Below are positions 1 to 10,612 of a stretch of DNA of 64,000 bases, in pieces; the stretch's first letter is position 1; each line of letters begins with the position of its first letter. Origin of the DNA: an uncultured Gemmatimonadales bacterium (GTDB lineage: Bacteria; Gemmatimonadota; Gemmatimonadetes; Palauibacterales; Palauibacteraceae); NCBI GenBank assembly GCA_963783385.1, contig CAWANJ010000009.1:640001-704000 (forward strand), read 5' to 3'. A program made the position numbers and the translations under genes. Under the pieces are notes generated by a model. It was not told the origin of the DNA, searched no databases, and saw only the letters and a program-made list of their open reading frames with translations.

Positions 1-517
1 CCACGGAGAGGAGGAGACGGTCCAGGAGCTGGCCCGCCGGGCCCACGAAGGGCCGTCCGCTCTCGTCCTCTCGCGCGCCGGGAGCCTCGCCGACGCACAC
101 GACCCGGGCCGAGGGATCCCCCTCGCCGAAGACCGCCTTCCTGCGCCCGGCATGCAGCGGGCAGCGCTCGCAAGCCTCCGCGATGGCCCGCAGGCTGGCC
201 AGGTCCGGCACGCGACCGATCTCCTCGGCGGTGCCCTCCCGGGCCAGCCGCCGGACCTCCTCGGGATCGAGCGCCCGCCGCGGCGACCCCGCTCCCGCGC
301 CGGCACCGTCCGGGGTCGACGCACGGCTGGAGACGTCCGGAGCCGGATCGGGGGCGGACGAGGGCCCGGCTTCCGCCGCAGGGGACGGCCGGAGCCGGCC
401 CGCCTCGAACCGGTGTGCCAGACGCCGCGCCTCCGTGCGCCGGAGCCGGCCGAACACCAGCTCCGGCTCGCCGAGCGAGATCCGTGTCTGCAGGTAGCGC
501 CGCAGCATCTCGTCCAC
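1..517 (-). CDS. Uracil-DNA glycosylase, family 4 (5' part; runs off window; one frameshift near 118)
   Basis: Manual translation gives C..RCPLHAGRRKAVFGEG-(shift)-ARVVCVGEAPGAREDESGRPFVGPAGQLLDRLL (GEAPG/GRPFVG motifs). GTG start at 517, just after the coaBC stop. Confidence 0.85.
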   Translation of the reverse strand, partial: MDEMLRRYLQTRISLGEPELVFGRLRRTEARRLAHRFEAGRLRPSPAAEAGPSSAPDPAPDVSSRASTPDGAGAGAGSPRRALDPEEVRRLAREGTAEEIGRVPDLASLRAIAEACERCPLHAGRRKAVFGEGDPSARVVCVGEAPGAREDESGRPFVGPAGQLLDRLLLSV

Positions 518-518
518 C

Positions 519-1733
519 TCAGTCGTCCCGGTCCTCGATGCGCTCCTCCAGTCGATCGAGCAGGCGCTCCGCCACCTCGCGCTTGGCGAGCCGCGGCATC
601 TCCTCGCTGCCTCCCCACCGGTCCAGCAACGTCACGCGGTTCGTCTCCGCCTCCATCCCCTCGCCGGGTACGCCGGCCCGGTTGAGCGCGATATAGTCGA
701 GGCCCTTGGCCTCGAGCTTCGCCCGGGCCCGCTCCTCGCCTTCCTCGCCCTCCCCGGTCTCGAGCGCGAAACCCAGCGACACGATCCCCCTCGCTGCCCG
801 GTGCTCCCTGGTCTCGCGCAGCAGATCGGGCCCGGGAACGAGCCCGAGCTCAACGGGGCCGTCCTCCTTCCGGAGCTTGGAGCCCGACGTCCTGTGGACG
901 CCGTAGTCGGCCACGGCCGCCGCCATGACGAGCACGTCCGCATCGCGCAGCTCCCGGCGCAGCACCTCCAGCATCTCGGCGCTCGTCGTGACCCGCTCGA
1001 CGCGTGGACCGTGGGGCGGCGGCAACGTCCCGGGGCCGGCGATGAGCACCACGTCGGAGCCCCGGCCCCAGGCCGCCGCCGCCAGCGCGTACCCCATGCG
1101 GCCGGTCGATGCGTTGCTGATGAAGCGCACGGGATCCACCGGGGCCCGCGTCGGTCCCGCCGTGACCACGACCCGGAGTCCGGCCAGGGGAGGCCCCGAT
1201 CGCAGGCGACGCGCCACCTCCTCGACGATGACCCGGGGCTCACTCATCCGGCCGGCTCCGACCTCGCCTTCCGCGAGCTCGCCCGTCTCGGGCCCCACGA
1301 CCTGGACGCCGCGTACGCGGAGCTTCTCCAGGTTGTCCCGCGTGGCCGAGTGCTCCCACATGCGCGTGTTCATGGCTGGACACACCATCACCGGTCCGGC
1401 GGCCGCCAGCACGGTGGCGGCCGCCAGGTCGTCGGCTCGCCCCCCGGCCATGCGGGCCAGGAAATCCGCCGTGGCGGGAGCCACCAGGACGAGGTCGGCG
1501 CATCGCCCGAGATCCAGATGCGCGAGCGGCCGCTCCCACACGTCGTGATGGACCGGCCGCCCGCTCAGGGCCTGGAAGGTGACGGAGCCGACGAACCTCC
1601 GCGCGCTCGCGGTCATCACCACGTCCACCTCCGCCCCTGCCTCCCGGAGGCGTCGGACGAGGGCGGCGCTCTTGTAGGCCGAGATGCCGCCGGTGACGAC
1701 GAGGAGGACCCGGCGGCCCTCGAGGGCTCGCAC
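519..1733 (-). CDS. coaBC: Bifunctional phosphopantothenoylcysteine decarboxylase/ligase
   Basis: TGGISAYK, APATADFLAR, PAMNTRMW, TAGPT..PVDPVRFISNASTGRMG, AAAVADY motifs. Confidence 0.97.
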   Translation of the reverse strand: MRALEGRRVLLVVTGGISAYKSAALVRRLREAGAEVDVVMTASARRFVGSVTFQALSGRPVHHDVWERPLAHLDLGRCADLVLVAPATADFLARMAGGRADDLAAATVLAAAGPVMVCPAMNTRMWEHSATRDNLEKLRVRGVQVVGPETGELAEGEVGAGRMSEPRVIVEEVARRLRSGPPLAGLRVVVTAGPTRAPVDPVRFISNASTGRMGYALAAAAWGRGSDVVLIAGPGTLPPPHGPRVERVTTSAEMLEVLRRELRDADVLVMAAAVADYGVHRTSGSKLRKEDGPVELGLVPGPDLLRETREHRAARGIVSLGFALETGEGEEGEERARAKLEAKGLDYIALNRAGVPGEGMEAETNRVTLLDRWGGSEEMPRLAKREVAERLLDRLEERIEDRDD

Positions 1734-1743
1734 GGGCGCGGGC

Positions 1744-1959
1744 TCAGTCGCCGCCGGAGCCCCGCCGTGCGACGAGCCGGAACTCGAGCTGGCCGCTGGT
1801 CAGGGCCTCGAGAGCCACGGTCGTCAGCTTCCTCGGTCCGTAGGGCGACGTCTCGAGCGGGAGCTCGTTGAGCTCGCGTGCGTACGCGGCCGCCACCAGG
1901 ACCCCTCTGTACTTGTCGCCGGCCAGGTGAGCCAGCGCGTCCGGCGTGAATACCTTCAT
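1744..1959 (-). CDS. rpoZ: RNA polymerase omega subunit
   Basis: 71 aa, KY..VLVAA..AREL and K.TTVALE; sits between gmk and coaBC. Confidence 0.85.
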   Translation of the reverse strand: MKVFTPDALAHLAGDKYRGVLVAAAYARELNELPLETSPYGPRKLTTVALEALTSGQLEFRLVARRGSGGD

Positions 1960-2011
1960 CGTTCCTCTCCGTCGTTGGGCGCCTCACCGGTTCGGCGAGC
2001 CGCTCCTTTCT

Positions 2012-2707
2012 CTACCGCCGCCGGCTTCGGGCCGTAGCGTCCTCGCCGTCCAGACCGAGGGTGCGGCGGATCTCCTCCTCGATGCACTGCACACGGTGTG
2101 ATACTCGCTCCCCCATGCGGTCGATCCGCAACTCCTCGGAGCGTACGATGCCGAGGGCCGACTCCACGGCCACGTCCAGGTCGTCGTTGACCACCACGAA
2201 GTCGAACTCGCCGACCGCCCGCAGCTCCCGTTCGGCGGTCTGCATGCGTCGCCGACGTTCCGCCTCTCCCTCGCTGCCGCGGCCCTCCAGTCTCGCCACC
2301 ATGCGCTCGCCGGCGGGCGGAAGGAGGAAGATCGTCACCACATTGGGTTCGAGTCGCCGCACCGAGCGAGCCCCCTGGACGTCGATGTCCAGCAGCAGGT
2401 GGACCCCGTCCCGACGGGCAGACTCCACCTGGCTTCGCGGCGTCCCATACATCTCGCCGTGGACCTCTGCCCATTCGAGGAGCTCGTTCTGCTCGCGCAT
2501 CGCCACGAAGGCGGACCGCTCGACGAACCAGTAGTCCTTCCCGTCCTCCTCGTCGGCACGTGGCTCGCGCGTCGTCGCGGAAACGGAGAATCGGAAGCGC
2601 TTCCCGTCGAGCGCCAGCCGGCGGGCGACGGTCGTCTTCCCGCTCCCGGAGGGGCCGGCCAGGACCACGGGAAAGGCCGGCGCCACCAGGGGGCCCTCCC
2701 GCGTCAT
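2012..2707 (-). CDS. gmk: Guanylate kinase (start may be 2749)
   Basis: GPSGSGKTT, SVSATTREPR, YGTP, LDIDVQGA. Confidence 0.96.
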   Translation of the reverse strand: MTREGPLVAPAFPVVLAGPSGSGKTTVARRLALDGKRFRFSVSATTREPRADEEDGKDYWFVERSAFVAMREQNELLEWAEVHGEMYGTPRSQVESARRDGVHLLLDIDVQGARSVRRLEPNVVTIFLLPPAGERMVARLEGRGSEGEAERRRRMQTAERELRAVGEFDFVVVNDDLDVAVESALGIVRSEELRIDRMGERVSHRVQCIEEEIRRTLGLDGEDATARSRRR

Positions 2708-2756
2708 CGCCGCGACCCGAGCCGAGCGCCGGTCGCCGCTCCCGACCACGGGAGGG

Positions 2757-3639
2757 TCACTCGACGTTCTCGATCTGCTCTCGCAGCCGTTCGATCTCGT
2801 TCTTCATGTCGACCACCACGTGCGAAATAGCAGCGTCGTTGGCCTTCGCGCCGGTCGTGTTGATCTCCCGGTGGAGCTCCTGCACCAGGAAGCCCAATCG
2901 CTTACCGACCGGGACGGCGGCGGGCTCGTCCAGGAGCTGGCGGAACGCCTCGATGTGGGCGCGGGCCCGTACCATCTCCTCGCCCACGTCCCACTTGTCG
3001 GCGAGCACGGCCACCTCGCGGGCCACCCGCTCGCCATCCGCATTCCCGCCCTCCCGTGAGCTCGGAGACCGCCTCCAGGAGGCGGGCGCGCTCGCGCTCG
3101 AGACGTCGGGGAGCGAGTTCCTCGACATGCTCGATGCCCCGCTCGAGCCCCTGCACGCGCTCGAGCAGGTCTCGCTCCAGGCGCTCCCCCTCCCGTTCGC
3201 GCATGGTCACGAGCTCGTCCAGCGCCCGGACGACCAGGGGCTCGAGGCTCGCCCAGTCGAGATCGGATGCGGAGGGAGCCGTCCTCCGACGGAGGAGCCC
3301 TCCCGCCTGCACGACCAGGGGCAGATCCACGCGGCCCGGCAGGGAGAAGTCCTCCCTCAGCGTCTGGAGCGCTCGCAACAACGCTTCAACCCGCTCCCGG
3401 TCGAGCTCGAGCGCGCCCTCCCCCCCGGCCTCCTCGAGACGGATCGTGACGTCCACGCTTCCGCGATCGGCCCGCTCTCCCACGAGCTCGCGCAGTCGCG
3501 GCTCCCACGATTCACCGCCGGCGGGCAGGCGGACGTCGACCCGCAGATGTCGCCCGTTCACCGAGCGCGCATCCACGGCGATCGAGGTCTCCCCCGCGGT
3601 ACCTGTGGCCGATCCGAACCCCGTCATGCTACGTAGCAT
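2757..3639 (-). CDS. yicC: YicC/YloC family endoribonuclease (frameshift near 3050)
   Basis: N-terminal MLRSMTGFG..RSVNGRHL (ORF 2902..3639) plus C-terminal GKRLGFLVQELHREINTTGAK..EQIENVE (ORF 2757..3128). Confidence 0.93.
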
Positions 3640-3727
3640 AGTGAAGGGCCGGAAGGTAGGAGGCGGCCGGCGGGACCGTCAACCGGGCCCCGGGCATCAC
3701 CATGATACGCACGTATGCATCACGTTC

Positions 3728-5626
3728 CTAATTGCTCCATTCCCAACTGACTCCAACGACATTGACCCCTCCCTGGTGCACGAGACCTTCGAAGTCGGCG
3801 CTGTTGACGAGGCCGAGGTCGTGCCCCTCCCAGTACAGCCGGAACCGGTCGATCCGAATCTCCACCCGCCCGAGCGCGAGGCTGCGGGCCGGGAGCAGGA
3901 CCACCCCCGCCTGCCCCGGTCGCGACGTGGCCATGGCGGACCGGTACGATCCTCCGAACGCCATCAGGATGTGCAGATTATCCTGGAACAGGTCCCCCCG
4001 GAGCGCGATCTCCCCGTAGGCCACGTCGGCCGGCACGTACCGGAGCCCCGCGCCGGCGAGGCGATTCGAGTGCCGCCAGACGCCCACGAACGTGAGGCGG
4101 TCCGACAGGACCCCGACGGGGAGGGCGGGGCCCTCGACCCGGCTTTCGAATCCGCCCACGGTGGCGCCGGCCGCCGGGGCGAGGGCGCTGTCGAAGGCGA
4201 AGCCGAACGGAAGCTGCCGGCTGACCTTCTGCCAGGTTCCACGACCTTCGAGCCTGTATGGGCCCAGGCGCAGGTCGGCCACTCCCTCGAACGCGTCGAA
4301 GCCGACCGAGTCGGCGGTCCCCTGGAGCGGGCGGGCCACGCCGCGACTGCCGGAGGCGACCGACCCCCGCAGGCTGAGCCCGATCGCCCCACCGGTGTGC
4401 GGGTGCACGAGGACCCCGAGCCGTTCCGTGTGAGCGTCGAAGTCCGCCCAGGAGGTCCAGTCGCCCCCGGCTTCGAGGCGGAGCCACCGATTCAGGGCCA
4501 CACCCGCCTCCAGCGAACCCTCCATCCGGGGACGCGAGGGACCGCTCCACGCGCGAAAAGCCGCCCGGACGGAGGCCGGCCCGGGGAGCGCCGTGAGGGT
4601 GAGCGCCGCCTGGCGATCGGAGATCTCGATCCCGCCGGTGCTCGCATCGGGCCGACGCGTGGAGCGGCCCGCCCATCCGTCCGCCTGCAGCCAGCCGGTC
4701 AGGTCCGCGCGACCGTGCAGGAACAGTTCCCCCCGGGAGAACTTCTCCTGCCCGAGGATGGTGCGCTCGATGCTCTCCGATCGGCCGCGCACCTCGAAGC
4801 CCACCCGGCCGCCGGTCGGCATCCATGCCACCCGGGCCCAGCCGTCCAGCCGGTGCGCCGGCGTCAGTCCCCCGGCGACGTCCAGGAAGTCGCCCGCTCC
4901 GGCCATCTGCAGATGCGCGCCGATCCCGTTGGCGAACACGCCCCGCACGGAGTTGAGCGAGGGTCGGCCCGTAGCGGCCTCGAGGCGCGAATAGGCCGGT
5001 CCCTCGCCGTGCGACACGGTGGTGACCTCGATCCGGACCGATCCCGCTTCGCGCGCCACGCTCAGCCGATCAACCGAGATGAGCGAGATGCGGCGGAGGT
5101 CGACCATCCCCCCGCCCAGCGGATCCAGCTCGCGACCATCCACGATGACGGCGACGAAGCCCGGCCCGTAGGCACCGTCCATGGCCACGAACGGGCCGGC
5201 GAAGTACCCGGCCGAGAGTCCCATGAGCCCCGGCATCTGTCGCTCGAGGAAGTCCAGCAGGTTCTGGGGAGCGGCCGCGATCAGCTCTTCGCGGCTCCAG
5301 CTCCGGACGGACACGGTCCGGAGGCTGTCGGGGAGCTCGAGGGCGGCCGGGAACGCGGGCGCCTCGGGTCGGGCCGTCGTGTCGGCGGCCGTCGAGGTAT
5401 CGGTCCCGGCCGGCCGGGGACCCGTGGCCGGGACCGTGTCCTGGGCCGAGGCCGTATCCGCGTGCGTCGCGGTGTCGGCCGGCGGCACGGTGTCGACCAT
5501 GGCCGTGCCCGCCCCGGCCGGGGACGGGGTGGCGACCGCGGCCCCGGGCGCCAGCCCGATCAGGATGCCGGCCAGGACACCAAGCACGCCGGACGCCGTC
5601 GGTCCGTGGGCGGCCTGCCGGCCCAT
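3728..5626 (-). CDS. Exported outer-membrane protein, TonB-dependent-receptor plug-like region plus probable beta-barrel
   Basis: Signal peptide, Ala/Thr/Asp low-complexity linker, plug-like LLDFLERQMPG..VIVDGREL, amphipathic strands, ends VGVSWEWSN. Confidence 0.6.
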   Translation of the reverse strand: MGRQAAHGPTASGVLGVLAGILIGLAPGAAVATPSPAGAGTAMVDTVPPADTATHADTASAQDTVPATGPRPAGTDTSTAADTTARPEAPAFPAALELPDSLRTVSVRSWSREELIAAAPQNLLDFLERQMPGLMGLSAGYFAGPFVAMDGAYGPGFVAVIVDGRELDPLGGGMVDLRRISLISVDRLSVAREAGSVRIEVTTVSHGEGPAYSRLEAATGRPSLNSVRGVFANGIGAHLQMAGAGDFLDVAGGLTPAHRLDGWARVAWMPTGGRVGFEVRGRSESIERTILGQEKFSRGELFLHGRADLTGWLQADGWAGRSTRRPDASTGGIEISDRQAALTLTALPGPASVRAAFRAWSGPSRPRMEGSLEAGVALNRWLRLEAGGDWTSWADFDAHTERLGVLVHPHTGGAIGLSLRGSVASGSRGVARPLQGTADSVGFDAFEGVADLRLGPYRLEGRGTWQKVSRQLPFGFAFDSALAPAAGATVGGFESRVEGPALPVGVLSDRLTFVGVWRHSNRLAGAGLRYVPADVAYGEIALRGDLFQDNLHILMAFGGSYRSAMATSRPGQAGVVLLPARSLALGRVEIRIDRFRLYWEGHDLGLVNSADFEGLVHQGGVNVVGVSWEWSN

Positions 5627-5642
5627 CGCGGGCCGGCCACGT

Positions 5643-7189
5643 TCATGATCTGGCAGCGCGGCGAAGCCAGTCGATGAGGAGGCGCACGCCCACGCCCGTG
5701 GCTCCCTCGGGCTGGTAGGGGCCTGCTTCCTTGGCCCAGGCGGTGCCGGCGATGTCCAGGTGCGCCCACGGAACGCCATCGGCCACGAACTCCTTGAGGA
5801 AGCAGCCGGCCGTGAGCGGGCTCGCGTCCCGACCCGCGCTGTTCTTGATATCCGCGATGTCCGAATCCATCTGCTTCCGGTACTCTTCCCACAGCGGGAG
5901 GCGCCACACGCGTTCCCCGGAGCGCCGTCCCGCCTCGTCCAGCTCGGAAGCGAGCCCATCGTCGTCCGTCATGAGTCCACTGGCGTGGTACCCCAGCGCC
6001 ACCACGCATTCCGCCGGTGAGCGTGGCCAGGTCCACCATGGCACGCGGCTCGAGGCGGGAGCCGTAGGCGAGCGCGTCCGAGAGGATGAGCCGTCCCTCG
6101 GCATCCGTGTTCACGACCTCGATGGAAATGCCGGAGACGCCCCGTATCACGTCCGCCGGCTTGAGCGCGCTGCCCGAGGGCAGGTTCTCGGTCGACGGCA
6201 CCAGGCCCACGATCCGGGCCGGGAGCCCGAGCTCCGCTGCGGCCCGCATGGCTCCGAGGACCGCGGCCCCGCCTCCCATGTCGAACTTCATGTCCTCCAT
6301 GCCGGAGGACGGCTTGAGCGAGATGCCCCCGGCGTCGAAGGTGACGCCCTTCCCCACGAGCACGAACGGAGCGCCTTCCGCGCCCCGGTGCTGGAGGATG
6401 ATGAACCGCGGCTGCTCCGTGGAGCCACGCGACACCGCCAGCAGGCCCCCGAAGCCTTCCTCGCGCAGCTTGTCCGGACCCCACACGTCCGCCTGCAGCC
6501 CGTACGCATCGGCCATCTCCGCGGGCGCGCATCGCCAGGAAGGTCGGGGTGGCCACGTTGCCGGGACGCGCCACGAGCCCTCGAGCCCAGTTCTGGGCGG
6601 CCGCCACCGCCCGGCCCTCGCGGACAGCCCGGGCGAGCGCGTCCATGGTCCCGCTCGTGTCCTCCGGCACGTGGACCGCGGCCCGTCCCGGCCGGGGAGG
6701 CCGCTTCTCGCGGCGCTCGGCTCCGCGAAGCTCGTCGAAACTCCAGTCTCCGAGGACCAGGCCCTCGGCGGCGGCCCGCACGCATTCCTCGAGCGGATCG
6801 ACGAGACCATCGGGAAGGACCACCGCCGCCGAATCGAGCCGCCGGTGGCGCGCCTCCCGAATCGTGACCCCGGCGAGTCGCCGTACGGCTTCGGCTCGCC
6901 GGTCGGCTTCCTTGCCCAGTCCCACGGCCAGCAGGTGCGGCGTTCCGTTCCCCGACGGCACGAACAGGGTCTCCCCCGCCTCGCCGCGGAAACGGCCCGC
7001 CGCCACCCATCGACCCAGCACGCCACCCGCCCGGCGATCCAGAGCCTCGGTCGCGCCCGAAGGCGCCGCGCCTTCGCCCAGCCCTACGGCCACGACCTCG
7101 GTGTCCAGGTCGAGGACCGGCGCGGGGACCAGCGTCACCTCGCGCTCGTCCCCCGAGCCGACCGTGGCCTCCTCGGCCGGGCCCGTCAC
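5643..7189 (-). CDS. pepA: Leucyl aminopeptidase (M17); frameshifts near 6525 and 6010
   Basis: [45 protein letters not shown] spread over three frames. Confidence 0.93.
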
Positions 7190-8442
7190 GCGTCGCCCTC
7201 CAGGGCCGCGATGATCCGGTCTGCGTAGCCGGAGGTGGGCAGCACCGTCGCGCCCTCCATCTGGCGGGCGAGGTCGTAGGTCACCGCCCGGGCCTGGAGG
7301 GCCGAGACGATGCCGTCCTCAATGGCCCGAGCGGGCTCGTGCCAGCCCATGTGGTCGAGCATCATCACGCCCGACAGGATGAGAGACGTGGGGTTCACCT
7401 TGTCCTGGCCCGCGTACTTGGGGGCGGTCCCGTGCGTCGCCTCGAAGAGTGCGACCTCGTCTCCGATGTTGGCGCCCGGTGCCATCCCGAGGCCGCCGAC
7501 CTGCGCCGCGCACGCGTCGGACAGGTAGTCGCCGTTCAGGTTCGGAAGGGCGATGTAGTCGTACTCGTCGGGCCGCAGCAGCACCTGCTGGAACATCTGG
7601 TCGGCGATCCGGTCCTTGATCACGACCTTCCCCTCCGGGACCTGACCGTCGTGCTCCTTCCACAACTCGTCCTCGGTGAGGGTGCGGTCGCCGAAGCGCT
7701 CGAGGGCCACCTCGTAACCCCACTTCATGAAGGCGCCCTCCGTGTACTTCATGATGTTGCCCTTGTGGACGAGGGTCACCGAGCGCCGGCCGTCGCGGAT
7801 GGCATCATGAATGGCCATGGCCACCAGCCGCTTGGTGCCGAACTCCGAGATCGGCTTGATGCCGATGCCACTCCCCTCGCGGATCGAGGTCCCCATCTCT
7901 TCGTTCAGGAAGTTCCGGACCTTCTCGACCTCCGGAGTTCCGGCCTCCCACTCGATCCCCGAGTAGACGTCCTCGGTGTTCTCGCGGTAGATGACGACGT
8001 CGAGCTTCTCCGGCTCCCGAACCGGGGACGGTGTGCCGCTCAGCCAGCGGTTGGGCCGGACGCATGCATACAGGTCCAGCTCCTGGCGGATGGTCACGTT
8101 GAGCGAGCGGATGCCGCCGCCGATGGGCGTGGTGAGCGGACCCTTGATGGCGACCAGGAACTCACGGGCGGCCTCGAACGTCTCCTCCGGAAGCCACTCG
8201 CCCGTCACTTCCTTGCCGCGCTCGCCGGCGTACACCTCCATCCAGCGGATGGCACGTTCGCCTTCATAGGCCGCGCGGACGGCGGCGTCGAACACGCGTA
8301 CCGAAGCCGCCCAGATGTCGGGACCGATCCCGTCCCCTTCGATGAAGGGCACGATCGGGTGGTCGGGAACGACCAGTTCTCCATCCGAATATCGAATCGG
8401 CTCGCCGTCCGACGGCGGCCGTGCATGGCGATAGGCCGACAT
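7186..8442 (-). CDS. icd: NADP-dependent isocitrate dehydrogenase
   Basis: [55 protein letters not shown]. Confidence 0.97.
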   Translation of the reverse strand: MSAYRHARPPSDGEPIRYSDGELVVPDHPIVPFIEGDGIGPDIWAASVRVFDAAVRAAYEGERAIRWMEVYAGERGKEVTGEWLPEETFEAAREFLVAIKGPLTTPIGGGIRSLNVTIRQELDLYACVRPNRWLSGTPSPVREPEKLDVVIYRENTEDVYSGIEWEAGTPEVEKVRNFLNEEMGTSIREGSGIGIKPISEFGTKRLVAMAIHDAIRDGRRSVTLVHKGNIMKYTEGAFMKWGYEVALERFGDRTLTEDELWKEHDGQVPEGKVVIKDRIADQMFQQVLLRPDEYDYIALPNLNGDYLSDACAAQVGGLGMAPGANIGDEVALFEATHGTAPKYAGQDKVNPTSLILSGVMMLDHMGWHEPARAIEDGIVSALQARAVTYDLARQMEGATVLPTSGYADRIIAALEGDA

Positions 8443-8545
8443 GGTTGGTCCGTCCTCCTGCGTGGGTGGCGTCACTCGAGGAATGGGCCGGCACCGGAAT
8501 CCGGCCCGGGCGAAGATATCACGCATTTCGTTCCGTCGGTAGGCG

Positions 8546-8586
8546 AAAACAGAAAGGCCGCCTGGCGAGAGAATCGCCGGGCGGCC
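8546..8586 (-). terminator. Probable intrinsic terminator between citrate synthase and icd
   Basis: GGCCGCCTGGCGA-gagaa-TCGCCGGGCGGCC stem (8556-8586), followed on the minus strand by TTTCTGTTTT. Confidence 0.65.
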
Positions 8587-8637
8587 CCGAGCTCCCAACC
8601 GCGGATCCGGGCACGGCGCGACCCGTGCGGGCTCCGC

Positions 8638-9765
8638 TCAGCGCTCGTCGATCGGCACGTACTTCCGGTCCCTGGAGGCCGTGTAATCGGCGCGCGGCCG
8701 GATGATGCGGTTGTCTCCGTGCTGCTCCATGACGTGCGCGGACCAGCCGCCGATCCGGCCCGCCGCGAACAGCGGTGTGTCCAGGTCGAGCGGGATGCCC
8801 AGCGTGTAGTAGACGATGCCGCAGTAGAAGTCGACGTTGCAGTGGATCCCCTTCCGGTCGAGCATCGTCTCTTCGACCTTGCGGGCGATCTCGTGCCACC
8901 TGGGATCGCCGAGCGCTTCGCTGAGCTCCTTCGACATCTGCCGGAGGTGCGTTGCGCGCGGGTCCTCGGTCCGGTACACCCGGTGGCCGAAGCCCATGAT
9001 CTTGCGGTGCTCCGCGAGCGCGTCGTCGACCCAGCCCTCGGCCCGATCCACCTCCCCGATCTCGAGCAGCATGCGCATCGCCTTCTCGTTCGCCCCGCCG
9101 TGCAGCTCGCCCTTGAGCGCGGCGATGCCACCGACCACCGCCGAGTGCAGGTCCGCGAGCGTGGAGGCGATGACGCGACAGGTGAAGGTCGAGGCGTTGA
9201 ACCCGTGCTCGAGGTAGAGAAGCAGGCTGCTGTCGAGCGCCTTCGCCTCGACCTCCTTCGGCTTCTCGCCCCGCAGCATGTACAGGAAGTTGGCCGCGTG
9301 TCCCAGCTCGGGGTCGGGCTCGACGGGCTCCTTCCCGTTGCGGAGACGATCGAAGGCGGCGATGACGGTCGGGATCTTGGCCGTGATCCGCCCGGCCTTG
9401 CGGAGCTCCGCTTCCCGGCTGTTGTCCCCCGCCTCCTCGTCGAAGGCACCCATGGCCGCGACCGAGGCTTCCAGCACCGTCATCGGGTTGGCGTCGGAGG
9501 GCAGGCCCCGGAGGACGTCCAGGACGCCCGGAGCCAGTCTCCGCTGGCCGGCCAGCTCCCGCTCCAGGGCCTCCAGGCCGGCCTGGTCGGGGAGCTCGCC
9601 GTGCCACAGCATGTAGAGGGTCTCCAGGAAGCTGGCGTGCTCCGCCAGATCGTGGATGTCGAAGCCCCGGTAGACCAGGCGTCCTTGCTGACCGTCGATG
9701 AAGCCCAGGGAAGTCTCGGAGACGACGACGCCCTCGAGGCCCTTGGCCATGATCTGTTCCGCCAT
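8638..9765 (-). CDS. Citrate (or 2-methylcitrate) synthase, type I
   Basis: KGLEGVV, LVYRG, EHGFNASTF, LKGELHGGANE, MGFGHRVY, NVDFY, RPRADY. Confidence 0.95.
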   Translation of the reverse strand: MAEQIMAKGLEGVVVSETSLGFIDGQQGRLVYRGFDIHDLAEHASFLETLYMLWHGELPDQAGLEALERELAGQRRLAPGVLDVLRGLPSDANPMTVLEASVAAMGAFDEEAGDNSREAELRKAGRITAKIPTVIAAFDRLRNGKEPVEPDPELGHAANFLYMLRGEKPKEVEAKALDSSLLLYLEHGFNASTFTCRVIASTLADLHSAVVGGIAALKGELHGGANEKAMRMLLEIGEVDRAEGWVDDALAEHRKIMGFGHRVYRTEDPRATHLRQMSKELSEALGDPRWHEIARKVEETMLDRKGIHCNVDFYCGIVYYTLGIPLDLDTPLFAAGRIGGWSAHVMEQHGDNRIIRPRADYTASRDRKYVPIDER

Positions 9766-9968
9766 GGTGCGAATGTGCCTTTCCTTGAGTCGGTTACCGT
9801 GCCCGCCATGTCGCTGGCCGAGCGCGCCGGACCCGGTACCCGCCGGCCCTGCATGACGGCCGGCGTGGCCGAAGCCGGACGACCCCACGGTCGTGCAAGA
9901 ACCGTGTCACGACGGTGCGATCGTCGCGCCCAGGGCGGGCCGGATGTGGAAGGACCATGATACGACGA

Positions 9969-10002
9969 GAGCGCGGGGTCGGGCGAGCCCGACCCCGCGC
10001 TC
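9969..10002. repeat. Perfect GC-rich inverted repeat (about 15-bp stem)
   Basis: GAGCGCGGGGTCGGG-cgag-CCCGACCCCGCGCTC, between the small ORF and citrate synthase. Confidence 0.8.
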
Positions 10003-10032
10003 CATGCTGCGATCGCCGTTCCGAAGCCGCGG

Positions 10033-10287
10033 CTAGTGGGGCGCCGGCTCCGGGGTCGCGTCGAGGAACTCCTCGCGAAGGGCCTCCGGGTCGAGGCCAT
10101 CGAAGGCTCCGACCGGCATGAAAGCTCTACGTTGTGGCTGATGTGGATCGGAAAAGCACACGAAGATCACCGAGTCGTACTCGGTCTTTTCCGGCGGCTG
10201 GACGTCGGGGTCGGGCCAGTACACGTCGCGCGATGCCCGCCACGCCTTCCAGCGCCGTCCGTCCTCGTCAAAGAAGTGCTTCGTCAT
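10033..10287 (-). CDS. Small hypothetical protein (84 aa)
   Basis: GGGGGAGA RBS before ATG; F.DEDGRRW..W...F.CF....RR..P....L...L pattern; GC3-biased codons. Confidence 0.75.
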   Translation of the reverse strand: MTKHFFDEDGRRWKAWRASRDVYWPDPDVQPPEKTEYDSVIFVCFSDPHQPQRRAFMPVGAFDGLDPEALREEFLDATPEPAPH

Positions 10288-10480
10288 TCTCCCCCTCGCC
10301 TCCCGGTTCATCTCACGGCGCGGCCCGCGGGCTCGACCCGGGTGACCGGGTCCGGATCCACGGGCCGTGACGATCCCCTAAACTAACGAGATGAGCCCCG
10401 TCTGTCCACCGTGTACCATATCTCGCAAGGTACGTGATATGAGACGAGTCAAGATATGTATATGCAATATGTTACGTGAC

Positions 10481-10612
10481 TCATGACGCAAGGGGGTGCG
10501 TCAGCGCGCGTCCTTCTCCTCGCGGATTCCGGGCAGCCAGAATGAAGGCGAGCCCGGCTCCCAGGCCGGCCACCAGGACCGCCAGCATGATCGTGAACAG
10601 GATGTAGTACAC
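10481..10612 (-). CDS. Small single-TM protein (43 aa; not in ORF track)
   Basis: GAGGAGAGGG RBS then GTG; MYYILFTIMLAVLVAGLGAGLAFILAARNPRGEGRALTHPLAS. Confidence 0.55.
   Translation of the reverse strand: MYYILFTIMLAVLVAGLGAGLAFILAARNPRGEGRALTHPLAS

Noticed and set aside
9894-9910. Sigma54-like promoter GTGACACGGTTCTTGCA upstream of citrate synthase (minus strand)
   Set aside because: The invariant -24 GG is GA, and a sigma70-like -10 (TATCAT, 9957-62) is also present.
10450-10478. Possible dif site (ATATGTTACGT resembles a XerD arm); the same idea was tested at 34758-34785
   Set aside because: There is no convincing XerC arm or dyad symmetry at the 6-bp spacing.
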